64,000 nt of DNA from Octopus sinensis. Its lineage: Eukaryota. The notes under the pieces are model-generated. The model worked only from the letters and a program-made list of their open reading frames with translations. It was not told where the DNA came from and did no database searches. The number at the start of each line of letters is the position of its first letter. The stretch's first letter is position 1. The stretch covers positions 67,890,001 through 67,954,000 of the forward strand of contig NC_042997.1 in the NCBI RefSeq assembly GCF_006345805.1, written 5' to 3'. The translations under genes were made by a program, and so were the position numbers. Below are positions 13,478 to 26,630 of this stretch, one piece after another.

Positions 13478-14218
13478 CACCGTCTCCTCGAATTACGAAC
13501 AATGGAACTTATGACCTAAAAAAAAAAAAAAAATCGGTTTTCGGACGTTGGGCGGTTGACCGTTACAATAACTATGGCAGCATCTGGCAACGCAGGCCTC
13601 CACGGCTGCCACTGTCTCTCGCTCAGTTGCTTTCAAGCATCAGTTGCGTGTGGACTTGTAACAATTGTATCTGAAATAACCCTAAAATGACTGGTAAAAA
13701 GAAAAGGCTTTCATCTTCAGATGCGCCAGCTAAGAAGTCAAGAAAGTTTATTGATTTAGACTGTAAGATGAAAGCTTTGAACATACCATTCAAAATGCTG
13801 TGCGTTGTTATCGTAAGATATATGCCCCCACCCCCCCAAAAGAACAAATTATTCAAACAAAGCTCACCATGTTCCTCGAAAAACCATTTACCTCAACCCA
13901 AGAACGAAACTGTGAAGATTAAAAATTTATTTTCAATTGCACATCTTTCATAGGAACAATTTTTTTATTGTATGTATGCGGAATTTTATTTGTATTAATT
14001 TTTACTTTAATTTTTGATTGTATTTTTGTTTACAGTACAATAGAATACATACATAATTTTTACATAATGTACTATAATTATGGATTAAATTTTTGTGCTT
14101 TATATTTTTATAACCAGTTTGAATGAAGATAGTGCTGAAAGTTATAAATCGACATACGACCAGATCGACTTACGACCTGTCAATCGGAACGGAACTCGGT
14201 CGTAAGTCGAGGGGAAGG
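13478..14218 (+). mobile_element. Tigger/pogo-like non-autonomous DNA transposon with transposase N-terminus remnant
   Basis: TA|CACCGTCTCCTCGAATTACGAAC ... GGTCGTAAGTCGAGGGGAAGG|TA (imperfect TIRs, TA TSD). ORF at 13687, MTGKKKRLSSSDAPAKKSRKFIDLDCKMKALN, resembles the CENP-B/psq HTH start. Confidence 0.75.
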
Positions 14219-16106
14219 TATATTATATTGTACAATATGTTCATTTTTACGGACGGTATAATGTGCGTTGGAAGAATGTGACCAAAGTGACGATGTAGAC
14301 AAAGCCAAGGGTGTACGTTAAAAGCAAATATATCGGGAAAAAAGGTGCAATCAGAAATTGACATCTTAAGGACGAAGTAGAAATACACTAAGAGATACAA
14401 ATGAGAAACCACACCACCCGGCATAGACCAAACCACTGCAACCAAGTGTCGGTGGCAAGAAACCAAATGAAATACGCAAAATGTTACATTACGTAAGAAA
14501 GAAAACAATCCAATTTTCTTATTCGCAGCCTTACAATGTTATTCGAACGTTACTATCTGAAAACGACTTTTGAACTTTCTCCTATTATATAGACTTTCTC
14601 AACTAGTATGAAATACATTGTTGACAACTTACATTATGTAATATTATCAACATAGCCTAATCTATCTACTATAAGGGCTCTCTCATTCTTATTGTTAACC
14701 TCACTTATCTTATATAAGCAACTTTCAAGACATTTACATTTTGACAGATACGTTAGGAAATAAGCTAGCGTTATCTTCTGTAAAATATTGAATTACATTT
14801 GTTCACCTAATAATACAGATAATAACTAAGTAATGCAGCAATGCAGTCATAAGAATTATTGTCCTTGAAGATAGTTTTACAAAAAATTATGTGATTCATA
14901 TATTCTGGAATATTACATAGCGACGGCAAGAGTATGGTTATTCTTACCACCCGCCAAGTTGCAGATGCATCTAATTAGGAAAATTGAAGTCAGTCACTCT
15001 ATCCATTATGTTTGCAGTGTATAAGCAAAATGAACGAGTTCTCAAAGGATGTGTCCTTGATGCCTGTGAGATGAATAGTGAATCTTCTCTGTTAAGAGTT
15101 AGTTTATTGAAGATTAAAGATAACAGTCACAGAAGCCGGTATTTATTTTGTGCAGTCAGATGAACTAAAATATGTTGACGTTGTTTAATCCAATTTGACT
15201 CTGACTGAGCAGAATTATGAACAAAATTATTCTAGCCATAACCATCTCGTCTGATTTTCGTATGTAGGATATCTAAAACTATTGATGAACTACATAACCT
15301 CATAAAAAATTTGAAGCTGATCTCACTGCTCTTATAAGTAGGTCGAGTAAAACATGTACATGAAGAAGAGACACTCTTGTCCAGAACTGTTATTTAATGT
15401 TTGCTGTCGGTAGAACTCACAAATCTCTTACACTCTTTTAATGCTAAGGAATCGCCTTCAGTGATTTTAGTCGTTAATATCGACCCGAGTACTTATTTCG
15501 ATTTGCTCTTATTTTATCAATCAACATTTATCGAATACTTGCATTATTTCTTAACATAATGACATGGAGGCTGATAAAACCGTAAGTTGCTTAAGGTTCA
15601 CTGTAAGAGTATGCTTATTGTAGAATGTAGAAATGTATTAATAGCTATTTTAGTTAATGAGGAATTGAATTTCATCATTGTAACCGTAGTGAAGTACAGC
15701 AAAGGAATTTATTATTATATTTTAAGTGTTCGGGTCTCCTGGGCAGCTTCCGACTCTTTCTGTCCATAGGGCTTTTCTAACTCGATATTTACTCTCTATT
15801 AATTATTAGTTATAGCATTTCAACTTCGAGTTCATTAGTTACAAAAAGGAAAACGAATTATTTGAAGTTTATAAATACATATGACGTCAACAATATATAT
15901 ATATATTTGTTGTTGTTGTTGGCATCCTTTTTGTCTCGGGAGACAATGGAGTTGCACATAAAATAATCTAGTCCGGCTTTTACATTTCATGTCCTAATAC
16001 ATTTCCTGCTGTGGGTGTGTAGTCCTATTATGGACAAACACTCCCTCTGGCATGTGCCGCAAATGTAGCGAAGACTTTTCCTGGCTGGTTTTAAAAGTTA
16101 TATATA

Positions 16107-16168
<62 letters not shown>

Positions 16169-16918
16169 GAAAAGGTTCCTACCGATAATGGTTATATTTC
16201 CATACCGAAATCTACCCGGAAATAATTATTGATTTTGAAATTAATAATTATTTACCCTTATATTATTAATATATATATATATATGTATCGTTCTTCCGAC
16301 TAATTTGGAGTACCTGATTCATGGATTTTATATATATATATATAATAGAAATATGTTACAAAAAGAAAATAGAAACTACACTGGAAATGTAAGGGGAAAG
16401 TAAGAAGAAAAATGCACATTAGAAATCAAAAAAATTAAAGGCTTTTTATGAAAAGTAACGATAGATATATACAATTAGGTGAACTGAGGTAGGAATAAAA
16501 GTAATAAAAGTCAATATTGGGGATTTTTTAAAGAGATTCAAAGGCATATCGGTTTCGTAAAATTACTAATCATTGCTTTGAATGTACATCGATTATATAC
16601 ACATTCTTTTGTTCACTAATATATGATAGAAAATCGGTAAGTTTGTAAATATACGGTGAAAGAGTAAATATGAGTTCTGATGCAAAAAAAGACTCTATAC
16701 ATTTAAATGTGTTTTAAAAGGCCCAAACGATTTTTTTGTGGTGACACTTTTGGAAATTCACTGCTGATAAAAGCTAAGTTTTTAATTTATTTGTCGTAGC
16801 AAAGTTTATTTAAAAGAATTAGTTGAATAAAATACATGTTCCTCTTTACAGTTTAATAAATAAGGAAATATACAGGCGCGTGCACACACACACACATAAA
16901 TATCTATATCTATATCTA

Positions 16919-17025
<107 letters not shown>

Positions 17026-17147
17026 ATATATGTATATATACATATATGTACATATACATACACATACATATATATGTGTGTATATATACATATATATATA
17101 TATGTATGTATATATATGTATATGTGTATATATGTATATATAATATA

Positions 17148-17322
17148 GGTGTAGGAGAGGCTGTGTGGTAAGTAGCTTACTTACGAACCACATGATTCCG
17201 GGTTCAGTCGCACTGCGTGGAACCTTAGGCAAGTGTCTTCTACTATAGGCTCGGGCCGACCAAAGCCTTGTGAGTGGATTTGGTAGACGGAAACTGAAAG
17301 AGGCCCGCCGTATATATGTATA

Positions 17323-17355
<33 letters not shown>

Positions 17356-17588
17356 TTATATATATGTGTGTGTGTGTGTATGTTTGTGCGTCTGTGTTTG
17401 TCCCCCAACATCACTTGACAACCGATGCTGGTGTGTTTATGTCCCCGTAACTTAGTGATTCGGTAAAAAAGACTGGTAGAATAAGTACTAGACTTACAAA
17501 GAAGAAGTCCTGGGGTCGATTTGATTGACTAAAGGCAGTGCTCCAGCATGGCCACAATCAAATGACTGAATCAAGTAAAAGAGTAAAA
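17148..17588 (+). mobile_element. Composite tRNA-derived SINE (same family as 10037)
   Basis: Colinear with the 10037-10445 copy. Confidence 0.9.
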
Positions 17589-17594
17589 GATATA

Positions 17595-17666
<72 letters not shown>

Positions 17667-17810
17667 ATATATATACATATATATATGTATTAGAGGAAAA
17701 AGGACCAAACCAAGGTAGGACGAGTATCTCAAATCATTTAGAATATTTAATTAGAGCAAGGTGAATTTAAGGTAAATGATTAATTGATTAACTAACTAAT
17801 TAATTAATTA

Positions 17811-17897
17811 TTGAATGCTTTACAGCTGTTTCTGGGATATCCCAAGTGATAGGTTAGCATCTCCATACACTAGGTATTCCGTCATCAGAGACAAGGT
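17811..17897 (-). ncRNA. Degenerate minimal type-I hammerhead-like motif (Penelope-type)
   Basis: Minus strand CTGATGA (17888-17882) ...imperfect stem II... GAAAC-AGCT-GTA (17832-17821). Stem I and the stem II closing pair are mismatched. Confidence 0.45.
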
Positions 17898-18091
17898 ATG
17901 TATGAAAATTCTATACAGGGAACGCACAGTTTATAAAGGAATGAAATAGTAGATAGCAAAATAAGAGTAAAATCTACCAAATCCACTCACAAAGCTTTAT
18001 TCAACCTAAGGCTATAGCAGACGACACTTGCTCAAAGTGTCACGCATTGGAACTGAACCCGGAACCATGTGGTTGGGAAGCAAGCTTCTTA

Positions 18092-18326
18092 TTTCTTTAC
18101 TGCCCACAAAGGGCTACACACAGAGGGGAAAAACAAGGACAGACAAACGGATTAAGTCGATTATATCGACCCCAGTGCGTAACTGGTACTTATTTAATCG
18201 ACCTTGAAAGGATGGAAGGCAAAGTCGACCTCGGCGGAATTTGAACTCAGAACGTAGCGGCAGACGAAATACCGCTGAGCATTTCGCCCGGCGAGCTAAC
18301 CTCGCCAGCTCGCCACCTTCTTACCT
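18092..18326 (-). mobile_element. tRNA-derived SINE, tail type A, nested in the head of a composite SINE (about 17975-18355, -)
   Basis: 12-bp TSD GCAAGCTTCTTA at 18080-18091 and 18327-18338; the host SINE head is continuous once the insert is removed. Confidence 0.9.
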
Positions 18327-19159
18327 GCAAGCTTCTTACCACACAACTACGCCCTTCATATCTAATAAAACATCTCAGTCCTATAACATCTTTTCAGGGG
18401 TAAATTTCAGCGTATAAGATTCATCGAAAATTTCGAATATAAATAACCAGTAAATTGAAAAAAGTTACCATTAAACTACATAGGCTCAGAAGTTTTACGA
18501 GCATAATGTACTTTTAGAAAAGACTTTGTTGGTTTATATTCTAATTTAAATGCTCCTTTCACCCGCGATCGGTCACCGTTAACATTTTGATAAAAACATT
18601 ATGCAATTCATTTAGTATGGTAAAAAAGTTATTTTAAATATGGTTACTCGAATTTCAAATGTAGTACACTTCCTGTGGAAAATATCAAGCTGCATGGTTG
18701 CCAGAGGAGTGATCCTGTACATGAAGATAAATCATAATAAATTAGGCGAAAACTAGGGCAAAAACCAATCGGCAACCAACTGTGAAATAATTAATTTGAA
18801 CTCATTTGATGTAGAGATATTTTAAGTAAAGTTTAATATGAAATGTCATTATAGCAATATCATAAAGTGATATTTATCGCCATATCGAAATATTTTTCAG
18901 ATGTTTAAGATTGAAAGCTATAATTCTTGTTCAATAGTCGGAAGAACTAAGTCAGATCTAAAACGTCTAATAAAGAATATATATATCGAAATTTTGAATC
19001 GTTGTGAAGGTAGATTTTTCAGTTTATGGCTTTATCTGCAGAAAGGATCATCCCCTTGTCTTTCGCAATCTCTCCGATCAATGCAATGTATGTGTGCAGA
19101 TTAGATACGTATGCATGCATGTATGTATGTATGTATGTATGTATGTATGTATGTATGTA

Positions 19160-19990
19160 TGTATGTATGTATGTATGTATGCATGCATGCATGCATGCAT
19201 GTATGCATGCATGCCTGTATGCGTGTATGCATGAGTGTATATATGTATGTATATAGGTTCCCTTCTTCCTCGGGAAGATATTCAGTAGAGTCACTAGGGG
19301 CGTTGTTGTGACAGAGGGTTTGTCTTGGGTACAATAATCCGAGCGGAGTATTTCTTTCTAAAGGTTTGTACACAACTTATTCCTTTCACAGAGAAAGAGA
19401 AGACAACTAACCCTTGCACTGGAGAGGAACGTTATCTTTGACCAGGAAAGGATAAAACGGTAAGCTCAGGGAGCCGAAAGAAATATATCTACTCATTCTC
19501 TCCGATGCCTCAACGACTTTGCCAGTTGTCTTCTATAATGTATGTATGTATGTATGTATGTATGTATGTTGTATGTATGTATGTATGTATGCATGCATGT
19601 ATGCATGCATGCATGTATGCATGCATGCCTGTATGCGTGTATGCATGAGTGTATATATGTATGTATATAGGTTCCCTTCTTCCTCGGGAAGATATTCAGT
19701 AGAGTCACTAGGGGCGTTGTTGTGACAGAGGGTTTGTCTTGGGTACGATAATCCGAGCGGAGTATTTCTTTCTAAAGGTTTGTACACAACTTATTCCTTT
19801 CACAGAGAAAGAGAAGACAACTAACCCTTGCACTGGAGAGGAACGTTATCTTTGACCAGGAAAGGATAAAACGGTAAGCTCAGGGAGCCGAAAGAAATAT
19901 ATCTACTCATTCTCTCCGATGCCTCAACGACTTTGCCAGTTGTCTTCTATAATGTATGTATGTATGTATGTATGTATGTATGTATGTATG
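19160..19990. repeat. Tandem duplication with 414-bp period, bounded by (TATG)n/(CATG)n tracts
   Basis: Unique cores about 19252-19540 and 19666-19954 differ at one seen base (TACAATAAT vs TACGATAAT). Confidence 0.95.
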
Positions 19991-20477
19991 TATGTATGTA
20001 TGTATGTATGTATGTATGTATGTATGTATGTGTGGATGTTTGTATGTATGCATAGATGGAGGAGTGGACCTGTATATGGATGTGAGTGTGTTATTGTGTG
20101 TGTGTGTGCGCGCGTGCATGCGTCTGTTCATGCTTGTGTGTTTGAGTTTAAGTGTAAGATATACTCAAGTGCGTTTCAGAAATCAAACAAAGTGACAAGG
20201 CATCTTAGTTTGAGTGAAGTCACTTCAAGGCATTTATGGACGAGTTATTCCTTATGTTAATGTGTATGTATGAGTGTGGGTATACTTTCACTCAAGTATT
20301 GGGTGATCTCATCTCTTAAGTTCCCGAAAGTGACTGCTTATTATGTGTGTATGCCCAATACCCATATTAGACATACACACATAATTGGAATCTTAAACTA
20401 AATCTTTGGAATCTTTAGAATATTGAACCACTAATCGATTGTATGTATTTGTGAATATTATATACGTGTGTATCTAT

Positions 20478-20770
20478 GTGCCTGGCCTAGCGGCTAGGGT
20501 GTTGCACTCACAATCGTGTGGTCGTGGTTTCAATTCATAGACCGGTTGGTGCGTTGTGTTCTTGAGCAAAATACTTCTCACGTTGTTCTGCGATCACTTC
20601 GACACCTGACATATGTAACATGATGTACCTGTTCAGGAAACGTCGATTTGATGGAGAGAGTGGGCTAATGTACAACACATACATATGATCACTATCAATA
20701 AATCACTTGTACAGGTCGTTCGGCAAAAGCTGAACGCTCGTATGTCGTCTTCGACAAGATAGTACACCAT
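20478..20770 (+). mobile_element. tRNA-derived SINE, third family
   Basis: Head GCCTGGCCTAGCGGCTAGGGTGTTGCACTCACAATC..GGTTTCAATTC (A/B-box-like), core GTTCTTGAGCAAAATACTT. Confidence 0.7.
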
Positions 20771-21486
20771 CTATCTATGCATGTATGTATATTATATATG
20801 TATCCCTCTGCCGGTCCATCCATCAAAATCTCTGATACACAGCAATGTGCTTCAAAAAGTAGATTACCATGTATTATAAGGTCATTGGTTTCTTTGTAAC
20901 TTCCAGCATTTTGTCATGCGCTGATTTTAATTCTCCAGCGGTCCACACACTAGGTTAAGTGATTTAATCGCTGACCACCTGACCACAAAACAGTTTGTGG
21001 ATGATTGCTGCAAGTCGCGGCATACTTATAAATGGACCTGGCGTATAAGTCAACAACAACATTTTTAGCTAAAAATTCTGAGTAAAGGAAATATCTAACT
21101 CATAGGTTGGCCACCAAATATACAGTAGGCTACTGGTCAGCCAAAACTTAGACTTAATTGAGGGCAGTAACATGTGGAAAAAGCATATCATAAGGCCATA
21201 CCACTTGCCTCGAGACATTTACTGTAATATCTTCCTATATTTGGGTAATGCATAAAGTCTAGCAACTTATAACATTTACCGATGGGGATACTGTTAATCT
21301 AGAACAGTAGGGAGTGACATTTATGAGAGCGCGAATCCAAATGGCTGATAATTTTCTGAACGATTATTTCATGTACCAGTGGGAATTTTGAATATATTAT
21401 ATTCTTTATTTTTATTGCTATCTTAAATTACCCCGCCACCTTGAAACAATTTATTTGTAGCAATGCAAGACAGCAATGAATACTGT

Positions 21487-21626
<140 letters not shown>

Positions 21627-22174
21627 ACTCTGCTTTTTTATATATCTATCTAGTGGGTGAAGAGATAATAATATAACAAAATATAAAAATAAAACTGCAG
21701 TGCATAAGCGTGCCAGCAATATCTCTTCAAGCGCCACTTATATCAATATATCAATATCCCTAATATATTATTAATAGAATACACACCATAGCACTGCTGT
21801 GTACCATTTATTATAGTAAAACACTGTAGTACAACTGTAACATTTGCGTCAATGATGTAAACAAACAGCCAGTGGCGCCATTAAGCCTCAGGCGACTAAC
21901 TGTAACACAGCGGTTCATTACACCGCCGACTCTCATGTTAGACTGTCGTCTTCTTCATGAGACCCTATACACTCAACAGGTCAACGGGGCCGTTTACTAA
22001 ACCACTGGAATCGGCATCAACTCATCATTCACATGTTACCCACAGCAAACGTAGCAACATTATAAGTGGAACCAAGTGTCTTTTCCAGCTGTAATTGAAC
22101 AACACCCACGATATTGGATTTCTAATTTTGTTTTTTAATAACTGGAATATTTCGTATCTGAAAATATTTATCCC

Positions 22175-22530
22175 CATGACTTCGCCTGCACAAACATGAA
22201 ATATGATGTTCAAAGTTGTGGTATTTGCGATCTCTTCAAATAGAATTGCTGCAGTAAAGAAGCATGAGGTAAATGAAAAGCTGGTCTGCGACTGGAAGGA
22301 AAATGAAACTTCCCTGGAGATGTCTAAAAAGATTCGTGCAGTTAGAGCCAGCATCTGTTATTGAAATGAATTGGAAAATTCCTTAGAAGTTGGGTCAACG
22401 AAAACCGTGAACATAACTATACAGTTACCAGAACTGGCATATAGTACTTAATTGGGTAAAAAAAAACATGTTCAGATAAAAGCAAAGATTTTATAGCTTA
22501 TGTCCTCGCTTTACGAAGAGAAAAAGACTT
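22175..22530 (+). mobile_element. pogo-family transposase N-terminal remnant (Brinker-type HTH + CENP-B HTH)
   Basis: FKVVVFAISSNRIAAVKKHEVNEKLVCDWKENE...ELENSLE..VNENR..YTVTRTGI matches the pogo 'FKLKVV..A....NRAA.RKF.V.EKLVRDW' pattern; stops and frameshifts present. Confidence 0.7.
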
Positions 22531-23757
22531 GGTGTTGCAGTAGAAGGCTAAAATTGTATAACACAGAAATTCCATGCAGACCTGGGAGGAAATATTAGAA
22601 ATTCTCACACATACGTCATTGGACTGAGTAGCAACACAATTATTCACAGAATCGGATTGGTAATATGGGAAATTCCTTTTATCTTCGATAAAGTGAGTAA
22701 TAAAACTGGTAAAAAAAAAGGCAAAAAAAAATATCCTGACAAAATGTACAGATTATGAAAAAACTAAATTCACTGTTGTATTAAGCTGTCTTCAGACTGA
22801 ACTAAATTGAAATCAACGGTTGTATTTAAACGGAAAACGATGTCTTACTTTTAGTAAAATAACAATTTCTAAGCTTACTTAGCCTTGGAATTTAGATTTA
22901 GAAAATATGTATGTGTTAATGTTTTGTAATTAGAGTACGCTATCTTAGTGTCAAGGTGTCTATCATTAATAAAATAATTTCAAGTAACATTTGTTTAATT
23001 GTTACAGGTACCATGCCTATAAGTATATATTCAATAAACAGCTGTAATGTAACATTTCACTATTATTACTCCAGTCACATACAAAACGTACAAATCTTGT
23101 ACAGAGACTAAATATCATGGTAAATACAAGTATTATATTTTTGTTACTCAGTTATCTGATTGACTGCCGTGTTTTATTGTCGTTCTATTCAGTATTAACA
23201 GTACATTTAAATCTCTGTCTCTAATTTCTGTACCAAAAGAAGGGTTTCTAATCACTCCCACCTCTCCTTTTTACTTATGGCGTATTAGATACAAGTTGTC
23301 AGTTGTTACTATTAGCTCTTTTAACCTAGCTCTCATCTTATTTCATTTTCTCTTTTCATTTCCTTGTTTGTCTTTCTTTTCCTCTTCTGTCTCTTTTTCT
23401 GTTCCCATCCTTTCGTCTTAATTTCTTCCATTTTCTTCCACGGTTACAACTCCCCCTCCCTTACATTTTTGCTTACTATTTTTATTCTGATACTAATTCG
23501 CCCTTGGATTAATTACTTGTAATCTTTATTTTTGTCTCTAACAGCATATTTTTCTCTAACTCTTGATTTCTAACAGGGATTTTTCATTTGCTATCTATTT
23601 GCTTTTTCTCTCATCCTATGAAAGATTGCAAGATTGCTTAAGCTTATAAAATCTACAAATGGGTTTTCAACCGAAAGTTGACTTTCAATTTTAGTCGAAA
23701 AATTGTTTTTCTTGATTCACACACATAATTCAATATCATTCAATATTTGAAAATTGC

Positions 23758-23955
23758 AAGGCGGCGAGCTGGCAGAAACGTTAGCATTCCAGGCGAAATG
23801 CTTAGCAGTATTTCGACTATCTTTACGTTCTGAGTTCAAATTCCACAGAGGTCAACTTTGTCTTTCATCTTGTTACGCACTGGCGTCGATGTAATCGACT
23901 TAACCCCCTTGTTTGTCCCTTCTATGCTTAGCCTCATGTGGGCAATAAAGAAATA
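23758..23955 (+). mobile_element. tRNA-derived SINE, tail type A, internally deleted
   Basis: 14-bp TSD AATATTTGAAAATT at 23742-23755 and 23956-23969; tail ...TTGTCCCTTCTATGCTTAGCCTCATGTGGGCAATAAAGAAAT. Confidence 0.9.
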
Positions 23956-25705
23956 AATATTTGAAAATTAAATTTGTTGGATTTGGGAAATATGGTTTGA
24001 GAGTAAAAAATGCTATTAAGCTTTCCGAAGCACTCAACATCATCCTTAGCTACATAGTCACTCCTGACTTTTTGTTTGCACATTAATTTTATATTGGACT
24101 TCGAAATATTTTATAGTGGTACCCTACATTGCATGATTAAACCCATTCAAGTAAATGAATATATCAGAAGGACATGCCATTTTCTTTCGAAAATAATGTA
24201 AACTGTTGGTTTGGCTGAATTTTAAAAATGCTATTCAGGTAGAAATGATCCACACAATTATGAAAAAAAAGCGCATGTACGCCTTTACCGTATATAGTGC
24301 ACTCAGTATGTAGTATTCAAGTTGTATATAGACTACCCAGAATTTCACATAATAAGACAGAATATTCTTGAGTATAATGATCCTGATTTAATAAAATTCA
24401 CCAGTTTTAGAATACTAAATTCAGATCTCGATACGTGTTTGTGTATCACTGCTTGTGTTTGATGTTGAAGACAACGAGGTACACTTTCAATATTCTGAGT
24501 TTCCTTTTTCATTCTTGCATCAAAATCATGAAATTTCCCTGCCATAGTCGAAGCTCCATCAGTGAAAATGCTTGAGTCAAATTATGGAAATTTATTTTAT
24601 GCATAAATGAATTAATTGAATTTATATATATTGCTTCCTTTGAAGTATGGCTTGCTAAAGGCTGGCAGATCAATCAGCATTTTCCCATGCAAATTTCATA
24701 AAAATGGGGTACAAACACAAGCAAAGTTTGCTGGCTGGTCAAGGTGAAAAGAGAATGTTGAGTTTATTTTAATCCATTTTATATGAAATTTGCAAAAATT
24801 TGACACTTAATGAATATCCTAAAACTCATTACATAGTTGTACGCTATAAATATTTTTGATATAATTTTTTACCTACCATACTTTCCACCAAATCTTTATT
24901 AAGATTCTCTGTAACTGTGTGTGTTTCATCTGCTTTTGCTTGTCGATCAGGCAATATGAAAATAGTTGTGCATTTTTGTTTAATGACATAGATTACAAAA
25001 ATGTAACTTGCCTTTGATTCAATTCTAAATACTTTCTTTCTAAATTTTCTTCAATTGGATTTAAGAAATCGGAATGTATTGTTTTTAAATGTCATTTTAT
25101 AAGAGAAGTAGACTGTCTTCGTTTATTCTGAATAAATCATCGATGAAAATAAGCATGAAAACAACATTTCTGAATCAACAATGTTTCATGATAATTACCT
25201 ACGTAGATTTATTAAAACACGGGAACCCTACAGATTTACTTCTCTAAAATCAACCAGTGATAACTGATGTGAAACTATTTGGTAGTTTTCATTTGCTTTC
25301 TTCCTGCTTCACTTGTGGAAAGCAACACATGTCAATTAACGAAACTACCGTTAATGTTAAAATACTGTCAACACCTCGACTAATGAACTATGAACACCTT
25401 AAGGCGTCTACTTAATTCTAGATAGATTGAGATTTTCAGTAATATTCTGACTAAGAAAATGCTTCGGACACGGATATAGCTCGGTAACTGTAGTAAAGTA
25501 ATATTATTTACTGTCTCTAGGCTGATTCTTTCATATCATATCGATGAGATTCTCAACAAGCTTAATTACAAGGAACACGGAAGAAACCCCAGCGCGCCAA
25601 GCAAAAATTCTTTATGCAGTCAGTACACTTGCTAGAAATAGCAATTAAAGTTATATCTTGCCATCTCAAAAACGAACAAAGTGGATAATGCAGTCCTGTA
25701 TAAGT

Positions 25706-26113
25706 TATACTCTTTACTCTTTTACTTGTTTCAATCATTTGACTGCGGCCACGCTGGAGCACCGCCTTTAGTCGAGCAAATCGACCCCAGGACTTATTCT
25801 TTATAAGCCTAGTACTTATTCTATCGGTCTCTTTTGCCGAACCGCTAAGTTACGGGGGTGTAAACACGCCAGCATCGGTTGTCAAGCGGTGTTGGGGACA
25901 AATACAGATACACAAACATATACACACACATACATATATACATACATATATACGACGGGCTTCTTTCAGTTTCCGTCTACCAAATCCACTCACAAGGCTT
26001 TGGTCGGCCTGAGGCTATAGTAGAAGACACTTGCCCAAGGTAACACGCAGTGATACTGAACTCGGAACCATGTGGTTGGTAAGCAAGCTACTTACTACAC
26101 AGCCACTCCTGCG
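25706..26113 (-). mobile_element. Composite tRNA-derived SINE (family of 10037)
   Basis: Reverse complement, colinear with 10037-10445. Confidence 0.9.
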
Positions 26114-26222
26114 CCTGGAAATCTTAGTGGCATTTTGTGTGTCTTTACATTCTGAGTTCAAATTCCACCAAGATCGACTTTGTCAGTCATTCTTTTGGGG
26201 TAGAATGTATGTGTGTGTGTGT

Positions 26223-26275
<53 letters not shown>

Positions 26276-26286
26276 ATGTATGTATG

Positions 26287-26325
<39 letters not shown>

Positions 26326-26437
26326 GCACACATGTACATACATAGACAAATGTATAAGTTTGGGGTACCAGCGGTAATCGACTTGACGTCTCGCCCGAAT
26401 TTGATGCCTTCTACTAAAATTTGAAGCCCCTATTATG

Positions 26438-26630
26438 AAGGCGGCGAGCTGGCAGAATCGTTAGCACGCCGGGCTAAATGCTCAGCGACAGTTCATCTGT
26501 CTTTACGTTTAAGTTCCGCCTAGCTCGACTTTACTTTTCATTCTTTCAGGCTGGATCAAAGAAGTACCAGTAGAAACTGGGGTCGATGTAATCGACTTAG
26601 CCACTACTCCCAAAATTGCTGGCCTTGTTG
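26438..26630 (+). mobile_element. tRNA-derived SINE, tail type B (another fragment at about 26115-26410)
   Basis: AAGGCGGCGAGCTGGCAGAATCGTTAGCACGCCGGG...CCCAAAATTGCTGGCCTTG. Confidence 0.85.
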
